From Felis catus (taxonomy: Eukaryota): a stretch of DNA of 64,000 bases. Location: contig NC_058368.1 of assembly GCF_018350175.1 (NCBI RefSeq), positions 162,318,001 to 162,382,000 of the forward strand, read 5' to 3'. Of this stretch, positions 51,851-64,000 are shown one piece after another. The position numbers were made by a program, and so were the translations under genes. Positions within the stretch are counted from its first letter, which is position 1; each line of letters begins with the position of its first letter. The notes under the pieces are model-generated. The model did not search any database, was not told where the DNA came from, and saw only the letters and a program-made list of their open reading frames with translations.

Positions 51851-52975
51851 TATAAAATTATCAGCCTAATGCTTGGAGCAGAGCTAGTGAATATAAGTAT
51901 ATAAACAAAAATCAAAATGAATGATAATGTATATACACACTAGAAGCTTAATGAGAAGAGAGTCCTGGTAGAAAGGAATGTGTGTGTTTGTTAGATGTTA
52001 CTTTTCTCGCTACTGATTGGCAGTGAATTTACAATTTACTTCCATTCCAATTCTACAGATTTAATGGCTGGTTTAAAAGCAATCTCTGCCCTCAGGTAAC
52101 ATAACATATGCAAAGATAAGACAAATACATACAATCTGTCACAAGAAATCTACAGGTATTCTCTAGCCTGTAATTTTTAAAATAAAGTATTTCCATGTAT
52201 AGTTATCATATTAGTTGATACATGATTACTGAGTGTGTACTAAGTGAAAGATAGTATTCTAGGCCCTGGGCAGGGGGCGGGGAAGACATCCAACATACAT
52301 TTCCTGTTGTCGAGGGATTGTCAGTTTAGCTTGTATCTTTTATGAAGGTTTATTTCATTAATTTTGGGAACACTACATTATTAGAAAAATAATAAGAGCA
52401 TGTATAGCTTATTAATTAAGTTTAAATTGTTTCCCCTTGATAGTAGGAACAGAATATTAATTAGTCTTTTCTAAACTATTCTACAATTATGCCTAGATTA
52501 TAATAAAAGATTTCCGTAACCAGTACCACGTTTTAATAGATGCACCAATAGAACTTAAGTTATATGCCAGCAACATAAAAATATTATGCAGAGTTATTAT
52601 GATATTTCACATTGATGATAAGGTTCTATAAAGAAAATAATCACCATTACTTCTGCTAACAACTAAGATAAAATTCAAAGAAACATTACTAATTAATGGA
52701 TTTCTTAAAATAGACTTTTAAAATGCCCTGTTGATTCAAGACAGTGTCATGCCTATAGTAAGCAATTAATAAAATCTGAATTGATATAGATATTAATAAA
52801 CAGTATCTCCTAACATGGCCTGTGCTGGGATGCATTAATGTTAAGGTTTTTTACTGTATTGACAAACAGGGCATAAAAATGGACTTATCATTAAGCCTAC
52901 TTTATTAATTCATAATTGCAAAATTCTTCGTTACCTGCCTGTGTTCAAATGGCTGTGTACTGAGAACTGCGGATC

Positions 52976-53620
52976 TGTCAGGACATGATGACACCTGCCC
53001 AACTCATCTATTCACAATCATGACCAAATTCTAGCATGTCTTGATGATGGGTCTAGATGATTCCACCCCATTTTGAATGCCTTCCTGAGAAATCTCAGTG
53101 CTGACAGAATTTACTGTTTGTTTCAGCCAAAACCCTACAATAGGCCCCTGAAACCTTTCCTAGAGCAGTTATTTTAGAAAGCTGGCACCTTTGAAATGTT
53201 AAATACCACCCAGTGGGTTTTTTTTGTTTTGTTTTTTTTGTTTTTTTTTTTTTTTTCAAGGACAGGATAGCAATCTCTTTAAAATGCACTGAGGTAGCCC
53301 TGGTCTGGCTCCCAGTCCCTGTGGGAGGATGAGGGCCCTACTTCAGTGGGTGCCTTGAATCTACTGGACACTGCCTCCTTTCATATAAATAGAAGTTTGT
53401 TTCTCCTCTGGATATGCACCAATTAACAAGTCACAGGGACCAACCCCCCTCAACACCTTTCAACGTTTTTCTTCTAGTACCCACCCGTCAGCCTTTAGAA
53501 GATCTGCTTTTTGTTTTGAGGATTTGAGTTGTCTGTGCTTGCCTCTTTTCCCTGTTGGAGTAGGTGCTGAATGAAACCTGTCCTTACCACTTTAGCACCC
53601 AGTTTGGTTTATCGTTGACA
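52976..53620 (+). mobile_element. ERV1 LTR (MER31/MER67/MER34-like)
   Basis: TGTCA start, AGAATTTACTGTTTGTTTCAGCCAA, CCCAGTCCCTGTGGGAGG, CTGTCCTTACCACTTTA...TTGACA end. Confidence 0.7.
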
Positions 53621-53793
53621 ACACCTTCTACTAGAAAATCTTACATCTTCATAACCTCCTCTTTCCCCCCCATCCCCTAAAGAGGATGGCCTGAGGCCCT
53701 TGGTCTTTTCTTCTTTCTAGATAGTATTTCCCATTTACAGGTCACTTGGACTATGCTGTCCCTGCTATGGGCATGTAATAATCAGAACAAGGA

Positions 53794-54018
53794 GGGACGC
53801 CTGGGTGGCTCAGTTGGTTAAGCAGGACATGATCTCACAGGAAATGAGTCTGAGTCCCGCATTGGACTCTGCTGACAGCTCAAAGCCTGGAGCCTGCTTC
53901 ATATTCTATGTCAGATTCTGTGTTGGATTCTGTGTCTCCCTCTCTCTCTGCCCCACCACTACTCATGCTCTGTCTGTCTGTCTCTCTCTCAAAAATAAAT
54001 AGATAAAAAAGTTAAAGA
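53794..54018 (+). mobile_element. Can-SINE with an internal deletion and a micro-triplication
   Basis: GGGACGCCTGGGTGGCTCAG head. TSD AATAATCAGAACAAGGA / AATATTCAGAGCAAGGA. Confidence 0.95.
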
Positions 54019-56262
54019 AATATTCAGAGCAAGGAAGCTGAAATGAAGACTTTTTTGTACATGGAGGTGGAGAGAATGAGTAATGCAACAGTTGAATTTT
54101 TTCTTCTTGATATTTTAAAAGAAAAAGAAAGCTATGGACCCTTAGCTTTTAGTAGTAGTAGTAGTGGTGGTGTTTATTACCAAGTATCATTACGGAAACC
54201 ACTAGTCTTTTCTCCCTACCTCTAATGGTCACCACAGATGCTCTGCAAAATGTCTCCAGCACACCTGCCTCTTTCATTAGGGCAAGGGCAGCTTCCTGCC
54301 AAATGGTTCTTCACCTACTCCAGTGGCTTCTCATGCCATGTACTATTTGATACTTTTGATACTATGGAACCCTTCTGCTCTTCCATGAAGAGCATGAAGA
54401 GAATGTGCTTCTTAGGAAGGGTTTAGATCAAGCTATGGCGAGTGAAAGCCAGGTCCACCCACCTTCCACCTATCGCCAGTACTTCAAGACATTTTTGTCT
54501 ACTTCCTGACATATCAACAAAGTTCCATCCAAACTTGTTCCTGAACAGAGCCTTCACTTTCTTCACCTGCCCCCTCTGCCTTTTCCCTTTTTCATAATTT
54601 TAATGTCAAAATTCTATCTTTCAGAGAGAGTCCATTAACATTTCATATTCATCATTAGCCCAGGAGGACTTTCCAGCAGAATGAAATAAGTAAACTCTCC
54701 TTTTTAACCCCATTACATTTTTTAAAAAAAATTTCTCCTAGTACCTAATTTTATTTGCTGTTTTATTTTCCAATCTCTCCTTTTAAGAGTAAGGATTTTG
54801 TCAGAGAGTTCTGTATACAGGCAATAGTTGATAAACATTTCATTAGTGTAAAAGAATGGCAGAAACATGAGTAGCAAATCATGTTTCCATAAAAAGATAA
54901 ACCTAAAGGTTTTGCAAATATATCCTGAGATTAGCTTTACCTTCAATTCAGTTTTCCATACAGCTAATATGGGGGAAAAATTTCCCATAAGAAGGCATAT
55001 CTTTTAATTTAAAATAATAAGAATGTATGGTTTTAAATTCTCCCTGGGAGACAAGTAAGTACTAAAAAAAAAAAAATCAGATGGTAAATACAGGTTCTTT
55101 GTTGAGTATTGTATTCTATCATTGTGAAGACAGTATTCAAAACCCACAAGTAGTTCCCTGGACTTGCCAGTCACATAATGGTTATGGTTACATATTTTCA
55201 TCATTCACTGAGCACCATTAAGTTGAGCTTTTATTAGAATATATATATCTATTTAAAGTATAAATCACTATTTAATATGTTGGCCTAGCACAAGATATCC
55301 ATGACAAGATGTGAAATTCATTATGCATTATTAAAGAAACTCAAAGAGTTTCCACAACCAAAGAGGAATTAATTTTGCAAAAGTCTGGAGAAGTGTAAAG
55401 ATTTTAATCTTACCTTAAGAACTCTTAATGAGAGATCGGTTCAAACAGAGTTCATCATCTCTGAAATGGAACACAAAAAGTGCTACCTTCAGGAAGTAAA
55501 ATAAAATTTAAGTAGGATAATACATAGTTTATTTGGACTCATGGTTAAGATATAAATGCAATTTTTTTTCTACACATCTTAAAGATACTGGATGAATGGC
55601 AGAAAGAAAGCCTGAAGAATAAAGGAAGTAAATTTACATTGGGACAAACACCTACACCTACACTTTTTCGCAATGTAAACTTCCTCATAAGAGGAGTAGG
55701 ATTTCCAGAAATTTACCATTAAATAAACCAGGTTCACATGTTCAGAAATAGTTCTAAGCTATGTCAACAACACAAAACCGTAGCCACCTCCTGGGTAAAC
55801 TTCAAAACCACAGAGGTGGTATTCAGTAAATTAAAGACATCATCTGGACAAACACAGGAGAGAGTTATTAAAGTTTGTGTCCGGTGGCCAGTTTCTGCAG
55901 CGACGCCCAAACACAGAGAGATGTTTACTCCAAGAAAGAGCATTTGTGATTCAATACATATATCTGCAGTCGCCAGAAAGTAGGTGAGGAACAGAGGAGG
56001 CAAGCATTCTCTGCTTCGGGGCTTTCACCTCAGTCTTTTAGGAAACCAGCTTGTATCTCACCAGAATGAAAGGGCAGGAAAGGCACCAGGATGGTGAATA
56101 AGACTTTTCCTTTGGGTTCTGCTCACAGAGGAGGGGAACAAGGGTTTTTGTAGACATTTCTGCAATAACTTCTCCCTTGGCATGGGGAGCCGGAGATGCC
56201 AACACAACTGTCACTACTGCTGCGATGGCGATGCTGAACTTTTACCGGGAAAAGTGTAGAGA

Positions 56263-56264
<2 letters not shown>

Positions 56265-56310
<46 letters not shown>
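56265..56310 (+). repeat. (CA)23 microsatellite next to the CpG island
   Basis: Perfect CA run. Confidence 0.98.
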
Positions 56311-56311
<1 letters not shown>

Positions 56312-56534
56312 CTCAACAACAGCCTTTGTCTTTAATTCATGATACTAACACACAAGCCCATAGGAACACATATATACTATATACTGTCCCAATCCTCTCT
56401 CCCATCTACATTCACCTTTCATGTATGGCTTGACTTTATGTCATATCCTGAATCATCCTCTGAGTTGTATTTCCCTCTGTCCCTCAGTTGTCGCTATTTC
56501 TTTTGCTTTGTAAAAAGATCAGGAGCAGACTTGC

Positions 56535-57900
56535 CCGCCTCTTCCTGAAGGAGCGCACGTCGGGTGCCCAGGAAAGTCCTGGAGGCACCAGCTCCGCAAC
56601 TTTTCTTGATAGGAAAGTGGGGGGAGGGCCAGCCGAGGGGAAGGAATCTACAAAATGTTACTAGTAAACGGAACGGGGATCCCTCCGCGGAGTTGGAGTG
56701 TCTGTGAAGTGAAGCGGCGGCTTCCTCAGCCCCTAAGCCCCTGAGTCCACACCTGTGAGACCCGGTGCCCTCGCGTGCTGTTCACACCCGCACGACCCGC
56801 GGCGCTCCACACCACTTCTCTGGGGCTAAGCTTTCTTTTCAGATGAGCCCCCTTGTGCATCGGAGGTGGTGGCCACTCGTGCAATTGAGCCCCGGGATGT
56901 CGCTTGTCCTTTCCGCTCCTCGCTGGAAAATGAGAAAAACCAGCCAATCGCCGGGCTGAGGGGGTGGAGGCTGCTGTTTTCTCAAGCTGCGGGCGCCACC
57001 TGCACAAGGCAGGAATCAGGAATCTCCTTCCCTCTTTCCCCTCCCCTCCCACGTCCTCTTCTAATTCCTCTCTCTCTCTCTGTCTCTCTCTGTCTCTGTC
57101 TCTCTCTCTCTCCTCTCTCCTCTCCTTTTCTCCTCTCTCTCGCGCGTTCTCTCTCTCTCCCTCCTTCCTTCACCCAGTCGCTCTCTCCCTCCCCAACTGT
57201 CTCTTGGGCGAGCACACACACTCCGGCAAGCACCAACCCTTGCACACCCCTGGAAGAAAGCAGCGCGCTAAAAGTCAGGTCGCCCTCCCGGGAAACCTAC
57301 CTATCAGCTGTCTGGAAGTCAGTCCCCTTATCAACGTGGAGAGGACACCTCAGCCTGGGACAGATTAGAGACGCATCTTGCTCAAGGGATGCTTCCTTTA
57401 GAGTGGGGAGTGGGTTACAAGGGGGCTAGTTTCTTACACGCGCCTTTGCTAAACATACACACGCGGACTCGGACTCGCATACACACGCCCTCCCGAGCAG
57501 AGTGAATCGAGGAAGGGAGGGGGAAGGAGGAGGAGGATGTTTAGTATTCGGTGCACAGCTCGATCTGGAAAGAGCCCATACACGCATGAACCAATTAGCC
57601 GATCGCCCACTCAGGGTGGGTGGTGGATGACCACCCCGTTTTAGGATCTTGCGGGAAACAGATGACAGAGGTGTCATTAGGCGCTTTATGGATATTTACG
57701 CAACTTTTTTATTGTCTTTGTGTATTCTCCTGTACAAGTCAAGAAAACAACAATTTACTTAAACTTCACTGCGGAGAAACAGGATTCTGAGGGAAGGCAG
57801 CCACTAAGGACCTCCGTTTTGAACACAGGCTGCCCACCCACATTCCGCACTCACAGGAGGGCGGGGGCGGATATAAATGAGAATGGATATTCTCTAAAGG
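56535..57900. promoter_or_regulatory. CpG-island-like promoter / first-exon region of an unidentified gene
   Basis: Abrupt rise in GC and CpG in non-TE sequence (CCGCGG, CGCGCG, GCGCGC, CCCGGG). NF-Y-type AGCCAATCG at 56942-56950, CCAAT at 57591, GC boxes at 57859-57870 and TATAAA at 57872-57877. Confidence 0.8.
57022..57195 (+). repeat. CT-rich (GA/TC) polypyrimidine tract within the CpG island
   Basis: (CT)n and (CTGT)n runs over about 170 nt. Confidence 0.95.
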
Positions 57901-58689
57901 TCTCAGCTATCAGTGGGTTCTTTGTTTTTCTAATGATACTGGAATCTGTGACAGCCTCACCCTCACTATTTCTCCCAGGGTCTGCTTCCATCTTGTCTTT
58001 CTGCCTCGCAGGGAGAGAGGCTTCCAAAGGCCTGTTGAGGTCCACAAGCCTCCACCTCACAGCCTGCCTGGGCTCCCTGGTGTTTTCAAGGGTGTTTTCT
58101 GGCCAGTGGCCACAGTTGAGCCTTTGGGGTTTACACATTCTCTTGCTAAAACAAACAAACAAAAAAAATGGTGAGTCACAAGACCACTGATTCTCTGTTC
58201 TAAAGAAAGGGACTACAACCACTCCTACCCCCCACCCCCACCCCATCCCTCAAGATTTAGGAAGTTAGGGACCCCTGAGTCTAGAGCCCATCCTCATTAA
58301 GAGTAGGCTAAGGAATTGGGTCAAACACGCTCGAACGATCAGTATTATGAACACTGATACTTCTAGTGAATGGCTGGGAGCATTTCCTGGTTATTGATAC
58401 TACTGCAAATCGACTTTCAATAATGCATTTCTGTCATTGTGACTATTTCTCCATAAACGAAAACTGCAAAAATAACATGGGCAGAATTTGGTATTTGTGT
58501 CATGTTTGGGATTTCAAATTTTTTACATTATTTTTTTATAATTTTTAAAATGTTAAATGAACATATTATTAAACATAAATATATTATTAAATGAACATCT
58601 TATTAAAAATAAAATACAATAGAAGTCATTCATAAAGAAATATTCAGCACTCACTTAAATTAATTGCCTTCCTTGACCAACTACCAGTG

Positions 58690-59100
58690 TAGCAGGCTGG
58701 ATGTGAGAGTGTGGGAATGACCCATGAATAAAATACAGCCCCAAACCAGACAAGGAGCTCATTATCTCAGAGGAAAATCAGACTTTAAAATAAATAAATC
58801 ACAATACTGAACAGCTCACTAACAGTAGCACTGAAAGTATATAGCTTGTACTCCAGTAAATTCCTGGAGTGGTTACAGTTTTGGAGGCAAGGGAGTTGGG
58901 AGAAAGAAGGACAGCTTCTTGGGGGAGGACATTTCTAGGCTGTGTTTTCAAGGATGACTAGAGAGTTAGGCAGGCAGACAAAAGATAGACCGTGTCAACC
59001 AGAGCACAGCATGTACACAGTCAAAGGCATAGAAAGAATGGTGCTTCAGAAAATATAAGACTGTTCCATATTGTTGGAGCACTAAGTGTGTGTGTGGGGG
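58690..59100 (-). mobile_element. L2 remnant
   Basis: ATGAATAAAATACAGCCCC...AAGGAGCTCATTATCT, TTTCAAGGATGACTAGAGAGTTAGGCAGG, CAAAGGCATAGA. Confidence 0.6.
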
Positions 59101-59793
59101 GATGCTTTCAAGAGATAAGGTTAAATATTCGAGTGGAAATCTTTCATTATAGAGTTGCTTGTAGATAGAACTCAACAGGGATTCATTCAATTGAACAGTT
59201 ACTACATCAGTTGAGTAACAAGCTTTATAAAAGATAAACATAAAAATAAAAGCAAAATCAAAACAAACTCCTCACCAGGGTAAACAAACACGCCAAGTAA
59301 GAACTTGTTATAGGAAACAGACAAAGTTATGAAGAGAAAAAGCAAAATTTTGTAATTTTATAATGCTGTTCCTTCTGAAAATATTGTAGAGTACCAAAAC
59401 CATGAAATTTCACATAAAGCATGTAAGATTTCAAGGTTCTCTTCAAAAAGAAAAGCAGACCTGAGGATATTGCATTAACTTTCCAACATAATAGCAATAG
59501 TTTATAGTCGAGTAGAAGCTGTCTTTTTTAATGGGGACCTTTCTCCACCTATGCTCCTATTGCATTCCTGGTACTAAATCTTGAAACATTTTTTTAGTAT
59601 CTTAATTTCTGTGTATTTTTTTTCATACACTCTGCTTTATTAATGTATTTTAACTACTAGGTCTTTCTCTGTATTTTAATAGAAAACTTTCTCAGTCAGG
59701 ATTTTTCCTAATCTGAACCAGAATATAAGAAAATACTGTAAGCGGTGACTTTCTCACTTATTCTAAGGATGTTTTAGAACTAGAACCACTTTA

Positions 59794-60002
59794 ATATTTT
59801 TTTTTTTTTTTTTGAGAAAGAGAGAGACAGAGTGCAAGCAGGGGAGGGGCAGAGAGAGAGGTAGACACAGTACTCAAAGCAGGCTCCAGGCTCTGAGCTG
59901 TCAGCGCAGAGCCGGACGACCTGGGGCTCAAACTCATGGGACATGAGATCATGACCTGAGCTGAAGATGGTCGCTCAACCCACTGAGTAACCCAGGCGCC
60001 CC
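59794..60002 (-). mobile_element. Felid Can-SINE
   Basis: CCCAGGCGCCCC head. TSD ACTAG(A/G)ACCACTTTA at 59779-59793 and 60005-60019. Confidence 0.97.
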
Positions 60003-61251
60003 AGACTAGGACCACTTTAGATACATAAGAGAGAACGGAATCCACTGTACGCATTGAATGCCTTAGAGCATTAGGGCTTAATTCTCTAATGGAGCTCAGT
60101 TCAGAAGGTCTTGGAATAAGCATTCTTTGATTTGCTTGTTTTGTAGATACATTTTTTTCATACACTGGGTTTACTTAAGGTGAATAGTTGAGCAAATAAC
60201 TGAACGAAGCACTTGTGACTTGAAAATGTGTGTGAAGCATTTAGGGGAAGTCACACATGCTGAGAAAGAATCAATGAGTAGTTACTGGTGGGGGCCTGAG
60301 GGAATAAGGGGAAAAAATGAGTCTAATTCACATCTGACCTGCTTCTGCCCAAAGTAATATAAATAATTGATCTGTACTCTGCACTACCACAATTATCTTT
60401 CTTCACACACTTCTCGAAGCTTTATGTCAATACATATGGAAAACCTAGAGAAAATTGTGCTCTCAGAATAGGACAGCTTAACCAAATTGCATGCTAGTTA
60501 CAATTGTGACCTATAATTAGAAAAGGCAGGAAAATGCATTTTAAAATTATTTCAGAAAAACGTAAAATGTATCTCTTCATTATCTTCAGTGAAACCTAAA
60601 GTATAAACTGTTCACCTTTTAGCAATGTGCCCGGATAACTACAAAGAACATTGCATGGAGGCCTGGGGCTGGAAGTAGGGTGAATCCAATTGTTTATGAT
60701 AGATAGATATAGATATAGGCATAGATCCAGCAAAGGGGACAAATGCATAGACAAGAGAGTTCTCGGGATGCGTGAGTTAGTGAAACATGTATGAGAGGTT
60801 GAATTTCTGTGGTGAGGCACCCAGAATCTATGGGAGGCTTGGTTGTTCATTTAGTGTGCTAGAGGCACTCATCACATTTCTAGTGAGGCAGCTTTCTACA
60901 CAAAGAGGATGCTTGGATTGCTGATTGTGTCTTGCCTTCAATGGATAGGATTCTTTTTTGGTGTTAAAATAAATAACAAAATGTTAAAGCAAATAAGAAA
61001 ATCAAAAATAAGAAACCAACACAGAGATGTCTCAAGATCCAGCCTGGTAGCCTCTATTCTCTGAGGAAACAGCCAAGGAAGCTTAAATACACCCATCAGG
61101 GCACCAACAAATTCAGCCACCTCAAATCCAGTGAAGGCGTTGGAGATGTGACTAGAATCATAGAAAAGACCTGAATATCACGTAATACAACATCTTATTT
61201 TACGTTGTGGCACCTGAAACAAAGTAATTTCAAGTAATTTGCCTAATGTAT

Positions 61252-62600
61252 CATTTGTTCATTCATTCATTGCCTCATTCATTCAAGAAATATTTACTGT
61301 ATGCTTCTTGTATGCCAAGGATATCAGGGGCTGGGGATAAAGCAGAGAACAAAGAGTCATATTCCCTTCTTTCTTACTGTCTAAAATGGAGATAAAAGTA
61401 CATATAAAAGCACTTGAGATACTTATTTTAATACGCACAGAAAGGAAAACACTTGGGAATATAATAGGGAGTCATTTTAGATAAGGTGGCCAGATGACAT
61501 TGATTTAACACATAAAAAATAAGAAGGAGCTGACTCTACAAATGATCAGGGAGAACAGAAAATTTAAGGCTAGAAAGCATAAAATGGCTTGGCTAAAATG
61601 GCTGAAAATGAACATAAAAGAGATCATTATGGCTAGAGAAGCAAATTGGATGGCAGTGAGAAATGCGTTTGGGGATATTTGAAAAATAAACATCTCATAG
61701 TTATATCAGAATCTGGAGCATCAGATTACTAAAGGAATTATTTCTATACAGTGTTAGTTTGAGAGGGTAGATTTAAAGAAACATCTCTCATATCACATAT
61801 TCTATCTTCAGGTTTAGGCACAAAGACATATATGATTAAAGTCTGTAGACCTTGGTATTTTACCAGGTAATGTGATAGAGGAAGAGAAAGAACAAATGCT
61901 AAAGATGATTTATGTATTATGCTTATAATAATTAATAAATAACAAAGTTGTATAAAGAGAAGAGTAAAAGTAGAAGAAACAGAAGAGTAATGAGAGATTA
62001 GAAGAGTCAAGAACTCAGTTAAATGAAAACTTTAAGGATATAAAGAACTATTATCATGGGATTACTAGACAAAGTGATCTGGAGATACAGAGAATGGCAT
62101 ATTCGAAACTGGGATTTTGGAGATAGTGCAGTAATGCAGGATTTGGGGTGTGTTTCCTAGGGTAAGGCACAGTGAATGTAGGGAAAATCTACATCTACAT
62201 CACTAGGGAAAATCTAACATCAGTTAGAGCTGATGCAGTCTAGAAGCAGAGAGAGGCCAGAGTTTTGAGTGGGTCCTCAATGTGAGTATTTGAAGTCACT
62301 GAGGATGATGAGTGGATTAAGAGTCAAGTGTGAAGAGGTCAGCTGAGTCAAGTGGTCCTTCAGCGGCTGGAAGTGAAGGGATAGATGGCTGCAGGTTGGC
62401 AGCTTGAGGAGAAGCAGTCAGGACACCACTGATAACACTGATTTCAGAGCAGCTGCTGTCTTCTGGAAGAAGGGAGACTATTTTGGTTCATGGAAGGAAA
62501 CAAAACAGTGTATCTCCCTCATCTTGTGACCATGTCAAATTGACTTGTAAGAGAAAAATATATTCTTGGCTTGAGAAAGTTTCCATGGAAGGAGAGAGCC
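61252..62600 (-). mobile_element. L2 3' end and further L2 remnants
   Basis: (TTCA)n terminus CATTCATTCAAGAAATATTTACTG...TATGCCAAGG...GGGCTGGGGATA, followed by a purine-rich body. Confidence 0.65.
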
Positions 62601-62878
62601 ATCCTTGAATACTCAGGATTGGTCATTAAATGATCAGATTTATAACTTCATCTTAAGTTATCACAACCAACAGGCAAAGAGAACATACTTACTTAGCAAT
62701 TATAGATTTCCTGATGGGATCTTCCTGGTTTGTTTTAATAAGAATTTTTGCATAAATCTAATCACATTTCTAATATTTTAGGCTGTTTTTGCCACTCTTC
62801 ATTGATGCATGAACTAAAATTGTTTCAACTTTACCTAATGTCAAAGTATTTCCTTTCAATCAGTACTTCTTAAATGAG

Positions 62879-63294
62879 TGTATTATTAGTTAGTTTGATG
62901 AGTAAAAACTCAAAATCTCAGTAGCTTTTAATATACGTCTTTCCTTCTTGTTACTTGTGAAGTCTCTGTGTCACCTGCTGTGTTTTGCTCCATGTTTCTT
63001 TGCATTCTATGCTCTAGGATGAAAGAGTAGGTCTTGTGTGGAACACAAAGAAAATATTTGGCAGAAATTTCCAAAGCTTTCTAGAGATTCTGCTCAGACA
63101 TGGTGTTACATTTACTCAAATTTCACTGGCTGAAGTTTGTCACACAATCAAGTTAAATACATTGAGGGAGAGGATAGCAGTCACATCGCTTCCCTCATTG
63201 GTGCTCCACATGTCTTATGGCAGTGGTGAGAATATGTCATAGTCTTCAGGGAAGGAGAAAATGGAAATATCTAAGACAACAAAACAATCTAACA
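62879..63294 (-). mobile_element. MaLR LTR (MLT1I/J-like)
   Basis: TGTATTA...CAAAATCTCAGTAGCTT...TTCTGCTCAGACATGG...ATTTCACTGGCTGAAG...AACAATCTAACA. Confidence 0.7.
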
Positions 63295-63441
63295 TAAAAA
63301 GCACTTAAAACTTATAATGAATACTTCATGAAATTAACCCCAAACTCAGCTGGGAGACATGTGTCTGCCAAAGTAAAAATAATATATACTGAATAATGTC
63401 TATAGTAGCCAAAGGGTTAAGGAATTTAAGAAAAAAGTAGA

Positions 63442-63880
63442 TGTCAAGATATTTTTCCTTCTATACCATACAGAATAAATGCAGGTAAAAGAATGTGGTA
63501 ATGCTGGTTTATTGGAAAAGGAAACCTGGCTAATCTAGCTCCCTGAAGTCCTCACTAAGCGGTAATCATTCTTTGGTAAGTTTTTCATGCTTCAGTGTCT
63601 GGTCACAGAATATATCGGCCCAGATACATGGTTTGATCATTTCTCTCATTTATATTCTAGACCCTGAGATAAACTGCATTTAACTTATAGCATGTGAACT
63701 TACCAAGTGGGGAGATGTCCTTTTGAGAGAGGGCTCCAGATTAACCTGGTACTCCTCTATCAGTTAGTTTCCTTGATATAGATATGCAGATATCTTGACT
63801 TTATATGAATAAGCATTTTAGGTCTCTGTTCTTCTCTTTCTTTCTCAGAGTGCCTTCCATATTTCTTGGGAGAATAAAGG
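63442..63880 (-). mobile_element. Possible ERV LTR fragment
   Basis: Minus strand ends AATAAA...ATCTTGACA (plus strand TGTCAAGAT at 63442, TTTATT near 63508). The other boundary is unclear. Confidence 0.35.
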
Positions 63881-64000
63881 GAGCTGATTCAAGAGTATGC
63901 TGCTATTTATTCTCTACTTTCAACTATGCTGACACATATGCCAGCTATTTTAAATGAACCACACCGTGTCGTATTCCAATGAGGATTAGAAAATGTTTCT

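Noticed and set aside
56993..57008. CTCF-like GCGCCACCTGC
   Set aside because: It lacks the terminal TGG of the core motif and is too weak to call.
56866..57429. 187-aa plus-strand ORF and overlapping ORFs in the CpG island
   Set aside because: They stay open because GC-rich and (CT)n sequence lacks stop codons, and the SLSL/ERER translations are repeat artefacts.
8239..60165. Recurrent ORFs with motifs such as MAQSVK...VMIS, GAPGW...EFEPRV and ERGRGRERG
   Set aside because: These are translations of Can-SINE copies, not a gene family.
59617..60166. TTTTTTTCATACACT repeated ~535 bp apart around a SINE
   Set aside because: Half of it is poly(T), and the SINE has its own adjacent TSD, so this is probably coincidence.
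1..64000. CRISPR arrays, prokaryotic operons or defence systems, numts, processed pseudogenes
   Set aside because: There is no regularly spaced repeat-spacer array, no gene-dense ORF structure and no mitochondrial or mRNA-like segment that I can recognise. The sequence is eukaryotic repeat-rich DNA.

Overview
This is mammalian, not microbial, DNA. It is almost certainly felid, because it carries about 16 tRNA-derived Can-SINE copies, several of the cat-type SINEC_Fc form. The window is AT-rich and dense in transposable elements: carnivore and older L1 fragments, L2, MIR, MaLR/ERV solo LTRs, hAT-Charlie MERs and microsatellites. I found no convincing host protein-coding exon, RNA gene or CRISPR array. 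The only ORF-track entries I recognise as real protein are decayed L1 ORF2 pieces. The main functional-looking landmark is a CpG-island-like promoter region at about 56.5-58.2 kb, with CCAAT, GC and TATA motifs, a long CT tract and splice-donor-like sites on both strands. I cannot name the gene. The preceding 56 kb could be its first intron or intergenic DNA. I see no evidence of a new multi-gene system. The most unusual observations are mechanistic: a tail-less internal L1 segment with a perfect 14-bp TSD, a head-to-tail SINE dimer inside one TSD, a ~65-bp duplication around an isolated L1 5'UTR, two template-switch-like fold-backs and a 19-bp-periodic CCAAT/CTTTRT array. Repeat family names are recognised from memory, not from a search, and boundaries of old repeats are approximate.
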